A stretch of DNA of 46,863 nt, the filler included, from Dimargaris cristalligena (taxonomy: Eukaryota), in the NCBI GenBank assembly GCA_003614675.1. It is 2 parts of 2 records of this genome, joined end to end, with 100 filler letters (N's around TTAATTAATTAA, not from the genome) between each part and the next. Parts side by side here need not be neighbours in the genome. Positions count along the whole stretch, not along the records: positions 23,525 to 46,863 come from ML002611.1; 1 more part is not named here. One strand, written 5' to 3'. Position numbers and translations under genes: made by a program. Below the pieces are notes generated by a model. The model ran no database searches, was not told the origin of the DNA, and worked only from the letters and a program-made list of their open reading frames with translations. Each line of letters begins with the position of its first letter. Position 1 is the first letter of the stretch. Of the stretch, positions 23,525 through 34,997 are shown piece by piece.

Positions 23525-25900
23525 AATAGAGAAAGGGAGAGAAGGTCCCAGAATATTGGATGACTAAGCAGAGGGAAAGGGAGGGGAGTTCCCAGATAAT
23601 GATATTAGTCATCACAAAGGATAGGTAATACTCAGGTAACTAATAAATTTAATGTGAAATAATAGAAGGGAAAAAGCTATTTTTAGCTGCACTCTGAACA
23701 GTGATGCAGTTGGGTCAGGGGTAGTATAGATGCAGGGGTGCAGTCTGGTCAGGGGCAGGGGTGTATCATAGCTAAGAGTATATAATATACTAATAGAAAA
23801 AATACTATACTAATAAAAATGGGGAAAAAATGACTATACTCATCAGGAGCAGGGGCAGGGGCTCATTTACTCACTAGGGGCAGAGGTAATGTTCCAATAA
23901 GTTAAAAAATAGATAAAAAATAAAAGTAAGTAGAAAATATGGTAAGTTCACCATATCTCTCACATATTCTCCCATTCATATATTATGTAAGACTTTATAC
24001 AGTTGGTTTGAATTTCACCCATATCTTAGTAGTGCATTTTCAGAGAAGGCCCAATGACTTCAAAAAAGTGGAACTTGCATATACAATGTCAACAGGGCAC
24101 TTGAGCTAGGTCATGGTACCTTTGTGTTCACAATTGAACACTTTACACACTACCCATGTAAAATGTGATACTTTTACAATGGACATTCCCACTTTATCAT
24201 ATTATATGAATTCTTCAGCATTTACCATCACAAATTATTTATAGCAAGTCCTGAGAATAAGAAAGTATGCACTTTTTATTTATATAAGTGCTGCCATAAC
24301 TGATGGATAGGAAGAAACTGATAAAAATGTCATCAACTTACTGTTTTTTGCTACTACACTCTACTCCAGACAGTCTTTTTTATAAAAAAGCCCAGGTAGC
24401 TAGGCTACTTTGGTATAAAGTGCCCTTATTGCCCTTTGGCTTTTACCCTCATTGTATTTTAACCCTGCCGGCCCTCCTAATCTGACTTAATCTGGACTTA
24501 ATGATTGTCTGTCCTTATTAGGCCTTATAATGCCATATTAACTCTCCCATAGTCACCCCTGGTACTATGGGGTCATCATTTATTATATAACCCTTCTCCT
24601 TCCTGCCCCAATGCTTTGCACAAAAACACTCAACCTGCTGATCCAAGACTCTTCCAGTTCCCATGAGAGTCTTCCAGATGTGAAGCCATCCAGTCAGATC
24701 CTATATCTACCTATACCTTAGTCTTAGTAGCATTTCCCTTGGGACCTCCCTCTGGAGCTGTCTCCATGTATATATAACTGGGCCCCACTGGGACCAGTTT
24801 GATTCCTTAGCTTATCCATATCCCCCAGTTTACCTCAATAAACTATATATACTCCCTCCCTCATACTAACTAGTAAGTGTGTCTGCTGCATGTCCCTTGC
24901 ATTTACCTACACTTGTCCTTTATTGGTTAGTACTACACCCCCATCCTAACACTAGTAGCCTACTTATCCGAGTCTAAGCCCCACCTACCATTAGAAGCCT
25001 ATCCTTAGGACTCTTGACAGACCAAGAGTGGTTAACCCAGGTAACAAACCCCAAAATTATTTTGACTATTACTACATACCATTCACTCACAATCACAATA
25101 TTATTTACCTCCATCAAAAGAACCACTTATTTTGAGCAATACCTGTCTTTCCAACATTCTAAGTCTGTGTTTGGCTCAAATCAACCCACCTCTTACCCAA
25201 TGTTGCAACAGAATTTGAATGATTATGTCTATCTTTCGGACTTGCAGGCCAATTACTTTGTTTATTATCCAGGTGGTAGGTTCTATGTTTTTTTCTTATC
25301 TAGTTCAATGACCCTGTGGCTCAGCTACTGGGCACTTGGCTGCATGCACACCTTAGTGATTCAAAACTTGGCATGTGTACACCTGCTAAATTAAGTATAT
25401 AGGTACATCCAAATGGGTGACATTTCATTTATTTAACCTCCACTGGACTTGTGAAGGTTGCTCCCAAAGTTCAGTAAAGGTGCCAAGCTCACAGCTGTTA
25501 TTCCCATACTAGCCCCCCAATGCACTTTATTGCTTGGCTAATGAGGCCCGCTGTGGTGTACAATTATTACATTTCAATTGGATATGTATCCTTCATCTCT
25601 AGAGTGGATTGAGTTTGCGGCCATACAAAATGATGAGTACAAGGTGCATGGGCAAATCACAGGAATTGGCAACAACCAAGGATATATTTGTGTTTTAGAC
25701 ACCAATGTGTGTCACAAGAGCTATTAGATGTGCTCTATAATGTTGGACTTCTCCTAGTCAGTGTGCTAACATTTAAGTGAAGTCCCTGAACCATTCACTA
25801 AGGCGCTTTACCCAGCAAAGATTGGCTTGTGTGGATCAGCTGCCCAGCCAAGCCCCTTCTACTGATTGAGGCAATCACAGCATCCTTAATTTCTCCTTTA
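23525..25900. mobile_element. Degenerate, CpG-depleted repeat/transposon relic
   Basis: Only about six CpG seen by eye in ~2.4 kb; no intact ORF; contig-end location. Faint Ty1/copia RNaseH-like fragments (TKDIFV..RHQ, EPFTKAL) near 25675-25810 on +. Confidence 0.5.
23937..24034 (+). mobile_element. MITE-like element, copy B (internally deleted)
   Basis: ATATGGTAAGTTCA start, then the 3' half (CTCACATATTCTCCCAT...TTATACAGTTGGTTTGAATTTCACCCATAT...TAGTG) matching the other copies. Confidence 0.6.
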
Positions 25901-26941
25901 TCTATCGGAACTCAAGTTTGACCGATCTAGTTGGGAATAGTGTGATTATCTGCATGTATAAATGTAATAGTAACTCTTTGTAATTGATGGTTAGAGACGA
26001 ATAACATTGTATTTGATTAATAATGGGGCCTTGTTCACAGTCAGTAGGGTCGTCAAAAGAAGTACAGGAGCGAAAGATCGGGGTTGCTAATTCCACTAAA
26101 CTACAATTTAGTAGCTAACAGTGGGCTACTAGCAGCGGCACATGCGGTCCTGGAGAGCATAGACGGGAACGATGCAGGGTTAGGTCACATCTGGTGGTTT
26201 AAAGCATTTGGTGATTCTGATCGGGTCGATCGGTTAGCTGACTGGGTAATATTGCGGTTAGAGTAATTCACACTTCCCACATATCCGACATGGTACCCTA
26301 AGCTGCAAACCAAGACCTTCCCTAAGACTTAACAATTGATTGTTGTATGCGGAGACATTGGTTTATATCCATCTAGTAATAAGTATTTATGCCAATATTT
26401 TCTATCAGTGAAGACGCACAACCATTCAACTATTCATAGTTTCGCGTTGGGGCATAGTAGTTACGAACCCCGTTTTTGGAATAGGGCTTTACTGGCCCAC
26501 AGCTGTTACAGGAAACTCAATGAGCCAGTTACACTGAAAGCCGTGTGCTACACGTCAAAATTAACGGACAGTATTATAGTTTGTATACGGAAATACTGGG
26601 AATGATATTCCATAAATCCAATTAGCTTATTTGATACTGTGAACCCATTGCAAAGTTGAGAGGTCATTAATGCAGTAAAAACAGCAACGTCCGTGTTAAA
26701 TTCGCACAAGGATGTGGAGCCATCATTGAAACAGCATATCGTCCTGGAATATAAAAATGGATCGCCGCGCCATGTCGATATTGTCGTAATAAAGGGTTGG
26801 TTTGCTTTACCTCATACCCTCTACCGAATTTGTTATATAGTTTTTTATTCCATACTGTTTTTTGAATACACAGGCTGACGACATTTATCATTCCACTGAC
26901 TGACTAATTAAACTAACTAGCCCCGCGGAACTTCATCAGCG

Positions 26942-28949
26942 ATGAGACTCACCAACTTAAATGCACTGGGCTTAGCAAGTCTTTCCATGATTGCTTGCAC
27001 GCCTATCCAAGTACCCTCGACATCATTGGCATTACCGCCAGCCTCTCTCAGCGCCCGTGAGATATCCGAAGTCGGCCATTCCCAATTGGGTCAACCGATT
27101 GACGAAGCCGCGTTAGAGTCCTTTTCACATTCCGCTATTTCCACACAGCAGGAAACCCCAACTGACTCCCCCAAGCCCCCCGTGTCACCAACAGCCGTTG
27201 GTCAACCTTACACAGCTTTACCGAAGCCAACCACAAAGGACCGACTAACCAGTCTGCCTACCGAAGTTCTTAAATTGGTCATGTGGGGCGCCTATAACCA
27301 TGCCCATCCCGAACTGATCCGAACTTCTCGGGTTATTGCGGGCCATATCGCCAGCCATCCGAATGAGATTTATAATGTAGGTACATCCCCTTGACCGTCG
27401 CTAGATAAGAAATCCTATTCATTATGGAACTAACAGATAATATATTTAAATGCGTTGGTTTATAGTCTAAACCATCCATGTCATCCACCTATTCTGGATA
27501 GAGACGACGACCCTTTGGTCATCATCCATATACCCAAGGAATTACCACTGTTATGGTTGCCTAATTTATTACTGGTCACCGTCATGACCAACATGCCCAG
27601 TTGGCTATAAGTTGGTATAGGTCGAGCGCTAACCCGCTTCGCGGTTTCATTTTTATAACTCCATATCCCTTGGATTAAATCAGGTACCGTATCGAATGCT
27701 GAAGGATGGCCTCGTTAAGTGCGCCACTAATAAATTAACCCCGGCCGAGACCCGGGAGATTCTCCTGTCTTGGCACTACCTACTCCATCACCAAATCGCC
27801 GGTAGCATATTCGCCCATACCTTTGATATTTGGGGTGGTCGTATCCGATTTTGGGAAAATTTCTCACAGGCTCGGGAACACTACGTCCCGCTATCGCTTA
27901 TTCGCGGGGTCAAGTATTTCCTCGACTCGTATCGATACAATCCTCTGTTCAACAAGAACCAGTGGCGGTTCGTTAAACCCACGGAACTGAGTCATGAATT
28001 ATTGGCCCAGGAGTTACCTTTGCTGGCCCTGGTGAATGACCCCCAATTGGAGGGCCGGGACATTCTAGAGGTGTTCCGCACTTTAACCCACCCTTCGCTT
28101 TTCGACATAATGCAAAAGGGTCAGGAGATGCCAGTGGAGCAAGAGGAGTCCGATGATATCGACCAACCCTTGCAAACTTTGATCGACATGATTCGAAACC
28201 CGGACGTATTCCAAGGGGGGGCTCACCTCTACGCCCGGATCGTGGATAGCGCGGCGACGGTCTTGATGACGTATTTGGTCACCCAGCAGCGGTTCACTGA
28301 CCTACAAACTTTCGTGGAGGGCCTTCCCCACACCTTCGGAAATTTCTGGAATCTGTTCCAACCCACAATAATGGTGGGTGCCCTCCAGCGACTGGCCATT
28401 ATCCTAGCCGCCATGGTACGCAATGGCCCGCTTCTGAACAACCTGCCTGACAGCTTTATCCACACTAGTGTATATATTCCGCCATTTGTCGAACGCTCTA
28501 AGAAATGTGCACTCGTCTATGAAATGTACATCCTGGGTCTAGACCAGGATGCGGCTTTTTTGGAGTCTGCATTGAATTGCCCTGAATCCCATTTGGACGA
28601 TCTGCCCAGTTGGGAAAGGGCCATTATCGCCCACCAATTGGGGGGATTCATGGAGCAAATTCGCCTACTGGACAACTATGGCAACGGTCACGAAAGTAAC
28701 GGTGGGGTTAGTCTGGATATGGGAGTGGCCGTACGTATAACGGAATTCGAATTAGGCGACCAAAATAGGCTATCGGATACTGGACCGTGGCCATTCTACG
28801 AGCCGTTATGGGATTTCGATTGGCACATATCGGATGACCAGTATTACAACTCAGTCAAACACGGCGTCGAAGTGGGAAATCGACTTTACAGGGATGGAAA
28901 TGGGCTGATTTTTCTGCCTGATACTACTTGGGGGAGAATCTTTGACTGA
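26942..28949 (+). CDS. Orphan predicted secreted protein (~566 aa) with F-box-like motif, 2 exons
   Basis: Exon 1 26942-27376 (AAT|gtaggt, phase 0) joins exon 2 27684-28949 (gctaac branch, cag|GTA CCG, phase 0). N-terminus MRLTNLNALGLASLSMIAC-TP; RLTSLPTEVLKLVM...LIRTSR F-box-like; the ~420-aa C-terminal part is not recognised. Confidence 0.7.
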
Positions 28950-29919
28950 CGGCATGTAAAACGCGGGAATTTTGTGTAAATAGCCTACTCCCCTGAATGC
29001 TCACCAACGATTGGAGTAAAATTACACCTACTATTGGCCAACCTACTGTCATTGAATCTAACAACTAATAATCAACAATAGTACCACCCTTGTCGTAAAC
29101 CAAAATTCCAGTAAATGCTAAAGTGTTTACGTCTAGGCAGAGTATATTCAGAGAATATTCAAGACAGAGGGGTATCAAATAGGCAACAGATTAATTGTAG
29201 GATAGCTACAGGATTTGGTGGGGCTTAATATGGCCGATCAGTAAGAATTTAAGAGTAGAACCAACAAAGATAGTTCAGATGGTGATGTTGATGAATAGAA
29301 TGTAAAGACAGTGAATAGCTAATACAGGATACCAAGTATGAATCTATAATAAATGAACAAGGAGATGGGGATGGCCAACGGGAGGCAATGTCTTCTATAA
29401 TTAGATTACTACCACTAGTTGATGGTGATGGGACTAGGCGGAGGTTGCGCCTAGAACTCAATGGTGGCCTCCCCCTTTAATACCCTTGATTAGTAAGCAC
29501 GGCAGACCCAACCACTACATAAGGAGGTAAAACCAGCACAATTCTCATTCTTCACATCGAAAATGTAGATTATATTTAACAATAAATTGAGTATATTTAC
29601 AGAGAGTGAGGGTGGGAGGGGGAGGTAATGCCAAGCTAAATAACGCGAATAGGTAACAAAATCCGTCATGAAGATTGCGAAAGAAAATTATGGATAGGCA
29701 GTCATTGTATCTGCACTTAGCGGGTTTAAAGACAGGGGGCAATTAATATAGGATGGGGCCGGTCATACCCTAAAACAGAAGCTACACTCAGATTATCGGT
29801 GCGAGATTCAGATTAAGCAATGTAATATGCAAAGTTATGGTACATGTAAATGTATAAAAAAAAATGGATGTATCTGAACGGTACCAACCAACTAAATAAG
29901 GGAAGTGGGTCTGTAACAA

Positions 29920-31956
29920 CTATGTAGTGGAACTGAAGCGTCGGAGACGTTTAATTCGCGCAGCCAATTGGACCCGATGGTCAGGGGTAACCCAAAGCAG
30001 TCGCACGATGCAGTTAATTATCCGGGCACCCCACGGATGGCCAAAGGGCGCTGGTGGCCCATCGCTGTTGTTACGGGTGGTCCGACCATCTAGGCAGTAA
30101 GAACCCGTGTAGACACTGGAAATGGTGACCCGGTGATGGGAATGGTACTCAGAAGTATAGGCGGTGGGTAGCGGATTTTCACTCATTGGGCATGGCCTAA
30201 CGGACGGGAGGGAACCAGGACTTTCAGATGAGACAGGGGGTTCGTCGAGTGGGAAAAAAACGCTATCTAACGGGCTACGGGGCTTGGTGTTGAACGCCAT
30301 GGTGGGGTCGGACCGATAGATGGCGCTGTCTCGACGGGAAAGAGGTTCGTCGGATTGGGCCGGAAGGGAGTCGGATAGTCCGCGACCAACAAGGGGTCGC
30401 CGGGGAGACTCTAATAGGGTCAGCATGGGGGGGTACCTTGGCAAATGAGAAGATGGTACTTCCAATTGACGAGCCAACTCATCAGTATACTGGGAAACGA
30501 CGGAGTTATTTGGCTGGGGCGGGAAGTGAAGGGCCAAGTGGTTCTCTGAAGATTCGTTAACTTTGATGGGGAAGGGATATAAACCAGTGAGGGATTGATT
30601 GGCATCAGCCGAACCAGAGCGACTCCCTGACCTGAAGTGACCTAGTCCCAAGACGGAAGAGTGGGAAGACCCCGATTCGTAAGAATCTAACGGAAGTTGA
30701 ATCGTTGGGACCGCGACGAGGTCAGAGGGACCGTTGGAAAAGGACGCTTGGCCCACAAGATGGTACTGGTCAGACATTAGCAGGGAATACTGAATGTAGT
30801 AACGCTCGACCCAATGGGCCGCCAGTTCTTCATGGGCCCGGCGGACGGAGGGGTCAAAGATGAATACAATCCCGGTTAAAACGCCCTGTAGGCCAGCGAG
30901 GGCGGTGGCGGAGATATACACGGGCATGTTAATGGAATCGCTATAGTAGTTGATGAAGGCATTTGTGATCACCATGGTTTGGGTCACGATGGGAATGATA
31001 GGGTACCAAATCACGCGTTGCAGACACTTTCGGGCCAGCGGTTGGGATTTCTCGGCAATGTTCCCCTCTGAAAGGGAGCGACTATGAACCGCAGCGGAGT
31101 CACCATCTAAATAGACCAGTCCGGTACTTTGGGGTAGAGAAGCTGTACTGCCATTGGGCCCGGTCGGGAACGGATGATCCTCAAGCTGACGCTCCGCGGT
31201 GCGAGGCGACCGGCTAATGCGATAGTTATGGAGGGCTGCGTGGGACGGGGAGAGGTGGCTCGCCGAAGGGGCCAGGGGGTTAGAACCGGTTAGATTGTCG
31301 TCCGGTGCCCCCTGGGGAGTGGGCAGCTGGATGGCACTAAGCACCTCGGATTCGACTTGGGCGATACGGCGAAATACTAGAATAACGACCACTAGACAGT
31401 AGAGCACGGCCAGAGACAGCCACAAGTAGTAGGAGAACCACTGCCAGAGTAGGCTTTTGATGGTACCGTCGTTCTTGTACCAGCAGAACCACTGGGAGGG
31501 GACCCAGCCGTACATGTTAGCTATAGCCGGAGCTACGGAGCAGCCAGTGGCTACCAGAAATGCGCCGATTATGTAATACCGCTCGTAGCGACGGGCGCGG
31601 GTTTTTTGGTGGATAAACACCAGCTGGAGGTGCACGGCGACCAGAACTCGGAAAAAAGATGATAATAAATTGAAAAAGACCAGGGCCCACGCGGAGCTGG
31701 TGCAAATGGGGGAAGCCTTGATGAAATCATTCTGAACGATTTGGGCGGCCGCGTAGCCGGAATCGATGATGCACATGTAAAAAGTAAGACGGAAAATCAC
31801 CCGATCGGCCAGGGGTCGGGCATAGTAACGAATGGCCAGAAAGATGGAAATCATTAAAATACAGACCCCGATGGAGAGACTGTTGGTGACACGGGCCACA
31901 TTGCCCAAGATGCGGGCCTCGGCGCGTGAGAGTTCCCCCAGTGGGGATATCGACAT
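29920..31956 (-). CDS. 7TM G-protein-coupled receptor, Dictyostelium cAMP receptor (cAR)/Git3-like
   Basis: Seven hydrophobic segments; RVIFRLTFYMCIID, TM3 Cys (ICTSSAW), AVHLQLVF, YERYY, WFCWY, YPIIPIV, LQGVLTGIVFIFDP; long ICL3 and a long S/P-rich C-tail; single exon. Confidence 0.85.
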   Translation of the reverse strand: MSISPLGELSRAEARILGNVARVTNSLSIGVCILMISIFLAIRYYARPLADRVIFRLTFYMCIIDSGYAAAQIVQNDFIKASPICTSSAWALVFFNLLSSFFRVLVAVHLQLVFIHQKTRARRYERYYIIGAFLVATGCSVAPAIANMYGWVPSQWFCWYKNDGTIKSLLWQWFSYYLWLSLAVLYCLVVVILVFRRIAQVESEVLSAIQLPTPQGAPDDNLTGSNPLAPSASHLSPSHAALHNYRISRSPRTAERQLEDHPFPTGPNGSTASLPQSTGLVYLDGDSAAVHSRSLSEGNIAEKSQPLARKCLQRVIWYPIIPIVTQTMVITNAFINYYSDSINMPVYISATALAGLQGVLTGIVFIFDPSVRRAHEELAAHWVERYYIQYSLLMSDQYHLVGQASFSNGPSDLVAVPTIQLPLDSYESGSSHSSVLGLGHFRSGSRSGSADANQSLTGLYPFPIKVNESSENHLALHFPPQPNNSVVSQYTDELARQLEVPSSHLPRYPPMLTLLESPRRPLVGRGLSDSLPAQSDEPLSRRDSAIYRSDPTMAFNTKPRSPLDSVFFPLDEPPVSSESPGSLPSVRPCPMSENPLPTAYTSEYHSHHRVTISSVYTGSYCLDGRTTRNNSDGPPAPFGHPWGARIINCIVRLLWVTPDHRVQLAARIKRLRRFSSTT

Positions 31957-34823
31957 TGTTTGGTTGTTCGGAACGGTAGACCGACAAGATAAGGAGTCAG
32001 AAGGGATTGCTGGCTGGATGGAGGAAAGGTTACGTGGCGGGGTATCATAAGTATAATGGGGAAACGGACGGGCGCCGTTGTCAAACCGAGTACTGGGGAA
32101 CCTTCGGTAGAGGAGAGGGAAGGGATGCTGTGTATTAGAGTGCCAAATTGCACATTAATATATGAATTATAGTGGATTGAGGCTATGTTTCCCCCGGCCT
32201 CTGGCAAGAAAAGGATTGATACAGGCGCTATGGGGTATAATTATTTTTTTGGCTGAGAGGGGGGGGGGGTCAGCAGTACTGGCGGCTATTTAGATAAATT
32301 AGTTCAGGGGTGAGGGAGGAATTCGGGGGAGATAAGAAGTGTCCAGGTGGTGCTATGCAGGCGGGGCATAGGTAAGTAAGGTGAGTCCGACAGCCAATAG
32401 GAGAGAAGGAAAGAGAGAGGCGGTCAGCGACTAAGCAGCCGCCAATGTATGAGATATAGTGACGGGTATAGGGCGCGGCGAATTCCGACAATATAATGGG
32501 AGTTGGTTGTGGCGGACGGGTATTTGGGAGGGATAGAGGAAGGCGAAGGTATGAACGATAAGGAACGAGTAAATAAGCGGCAGGAGGGGGGGTAGAGTAG
32601 TGGGAGGTGAAAAGGAGAGGAGGGTGAAGGCAAGACTGGGCGTATTAATATAGGCTGAACAATAGAGGGGCCAGGTGAGCGGGAATACCAGGGTGGTATT
32701 ATAGAATTCGCACCAACCCTGGTGGCTTCGAAATAACTATTGTTCGTTCTGAACAGAACGCAGCAGAAAGGATTGGAGGGATGACGATAAACAGACCCAC
32801 AATGTGGAAATACATTAAAAAAAATAGAAAGAAAGGGAAGGGTGACTGAGAACGAATAATTAGATGATACGAGAGTAACGATGACAAACAGAGGGATACC
32901 CCTGCTCAACGGAGGTTGCGGTGGCGGGTTTATCGGAATGTGCCAAAGCTTAGCCGAGGCGAAGCGTAGATAAGCATTAAGACGACACAATAAGGTGAGT
33001 ATGAAACCAACTCCAGGGATGAACAAGGGGGAAAATAGTGGGGGGGACACACCCGCCTCTATTTATACCCGTGGTCTTGTTAGGACAAGTGAAACAACTA
33101 GAATATATGCATATGTGCATACATACACACCGCCAAGAGTATATGCTAATCTGGGAGATGACAGAACAAGATTAGTTGATAAAAGAAGCAGTCGCAATGC
33201 AATATGCAGCGGTGAATGAATTCCGCGGGTTGGTTGCAATGGTTGCTGCACAGTTTCCACTGGACTGAAGAAGGCAGCGATATAAGGCCACAGGTCCCTG
33301 GGTCCGCTGGACATCACACGGCCACCACATAAATGGCATATTTTGGTCCAGACGATGCGGGTGGTGGTGGTGGGAAAGGGAGGGCCCAGCCCCACGCCTC
33401 ACTCACCTCTCGAAAAAGGTAAGAAATAACTATATAGTTCAAAGAAATCAGAGGACAGTAGTCGTTGGTTGAATGGTATAATGGCTCTGCACAGTCATAT
33501 GGTTGATACGTGTGGAGGAGTATCAAAGGCAGTGCTGTAGTCCTGGAAGACGGCGGCACTGAACAGAGCGGCTTCCACAAAGGGAACCAACGGCTTGTTT
33601 CCATACTTTAAATATGGTATTAATCAACCCTGTGCGCCATTTATCAAAGGAAGTGGAAAGGAATGCCGGCGTGCTAGCGTGGAGGGGGGATTAAACCAGT
33701 CGGTTACTGACATGCAGGAGGGCGGCGAATACAGCAAGTGGGGTCGACGGTCTTCCCCAATGCTTCGTGAACTGGGTTCAGCCTGTTTTAGCAGTACGGT
33801 GCTGAGTAGGTCGTTCGTTTGCTTGGCCGAATCAGTGGGCTACGTGGTATATGTGAAGGGAGGCGAGTGACTGACTATTGCTGAATGCCGGTATGAATCG
33901 CGGTGACAGCCGTCGACCATATGGGCCAGGGGACAGCGCATTTCTCACTTCCTCACTCCACTTTAGGTCCGGCATAGCAGCCATCCTCCCTCCCTAATCG
34001 CAGTTCCCTTTCCTACCCTGTTTTGTGGCGAATTCGGTATTGTGCCAGTCCAGCTAAAAAGGGGGATGCAACATAAGGGAGGGAGAGCCCATGGGTCCAA
34101 ATATTCGGGGACACTATTTCTACCCATATCCTTCCATGGGTCACTTTGGCTGGCCGAAGTCCAATGATTAGCGGTTTGGCGAAACATCCCCCGGATTATC
34201 TTTCCAATCACTTATACCAATACGTCCATCAGTCAACCTTCGACCGCCATGACGTCAATCGGGCAGCCCTGGGTGTTGGCAGGCCCGAATTCGTCAGCCT
34301 GGCCATTTAAACTTTGACTACCCTGATAAATAGTAAACTAGTACTGATCTTACTAGTCGATTAATAATACAATGGCTGCCTCGTAATCAGCCCAGGGAAA
34401 GAGATCCGCAGTAGGCCCTTGGTACTGTGTTGTTCCAGGAGGTCAGGATTCATGAGTAATCTTGGACAAATCCACCATAGATATCAGTACTATTACCAGG
34501 TGCAGCTGGGGGGGCATGCTGCTAAGAAGAACAATGGCTATAGGCTACTGCGAAGTTCGCAGCTTTGTATTCTTAAGACTCTGTTTATTTTGACTAAGCA
34601 ATTAAAAGCCAATTCACAACTGTCATACCCCGCTTTCCAATTTAGGGCAGCCCTCTCCAGCAGTAGGCTATTTTGCTTGACGTTTTGACGGTGGAAAATA
34701 AAAGGTTCATCGGAATCGAGCGTCAATGGATTATCACCAGTACAATCGCTTGGGGAGGGTCTCTCAGTGGGAGGGGGGTCACGGTATTACACACGATGGT
34801 GGCTGTGCTTTAAGTTTTTTATA

Positions 34824-34997
34824 CACTATAACAAATGGATATGGGTGAACTTCAACCCAACTGTATAAGATTTTACACAATATGTGTATGGGATAATATG
34901 TGGGAGAATAACTTTTGACCAGTAATATTTACCTCATCAAATGGATGTTTCGTTATACAGCCTGGATGAATATCTGCCATATGTAACTGCTATAGTG
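34824..34997 (-). mobile_element. MITE-like element, copy C (best preserved; CACTA...TAGTG ends)
   Basis: Left CACTATAACAAATGGATATGGGTGAACTTCAACCCAACTGTATAA pairs with right TTATACAGCCTGGATGAATATCTGCCATATGTAACTGCTATAGTG. Confidence 0.75.

Noticed and set aside
27466..27610. Extra internal exon in the secreted F-box-like gene
   Set aside because: No phase-compatible, stop-free exon with good splice sites; a single 307-nt intron fits.
32424..33050. 208-aa minus ORF upstream of the GPCR
   Set aside because: Pyrimidine-rich, low-complexity translation typical of UTR or intron.
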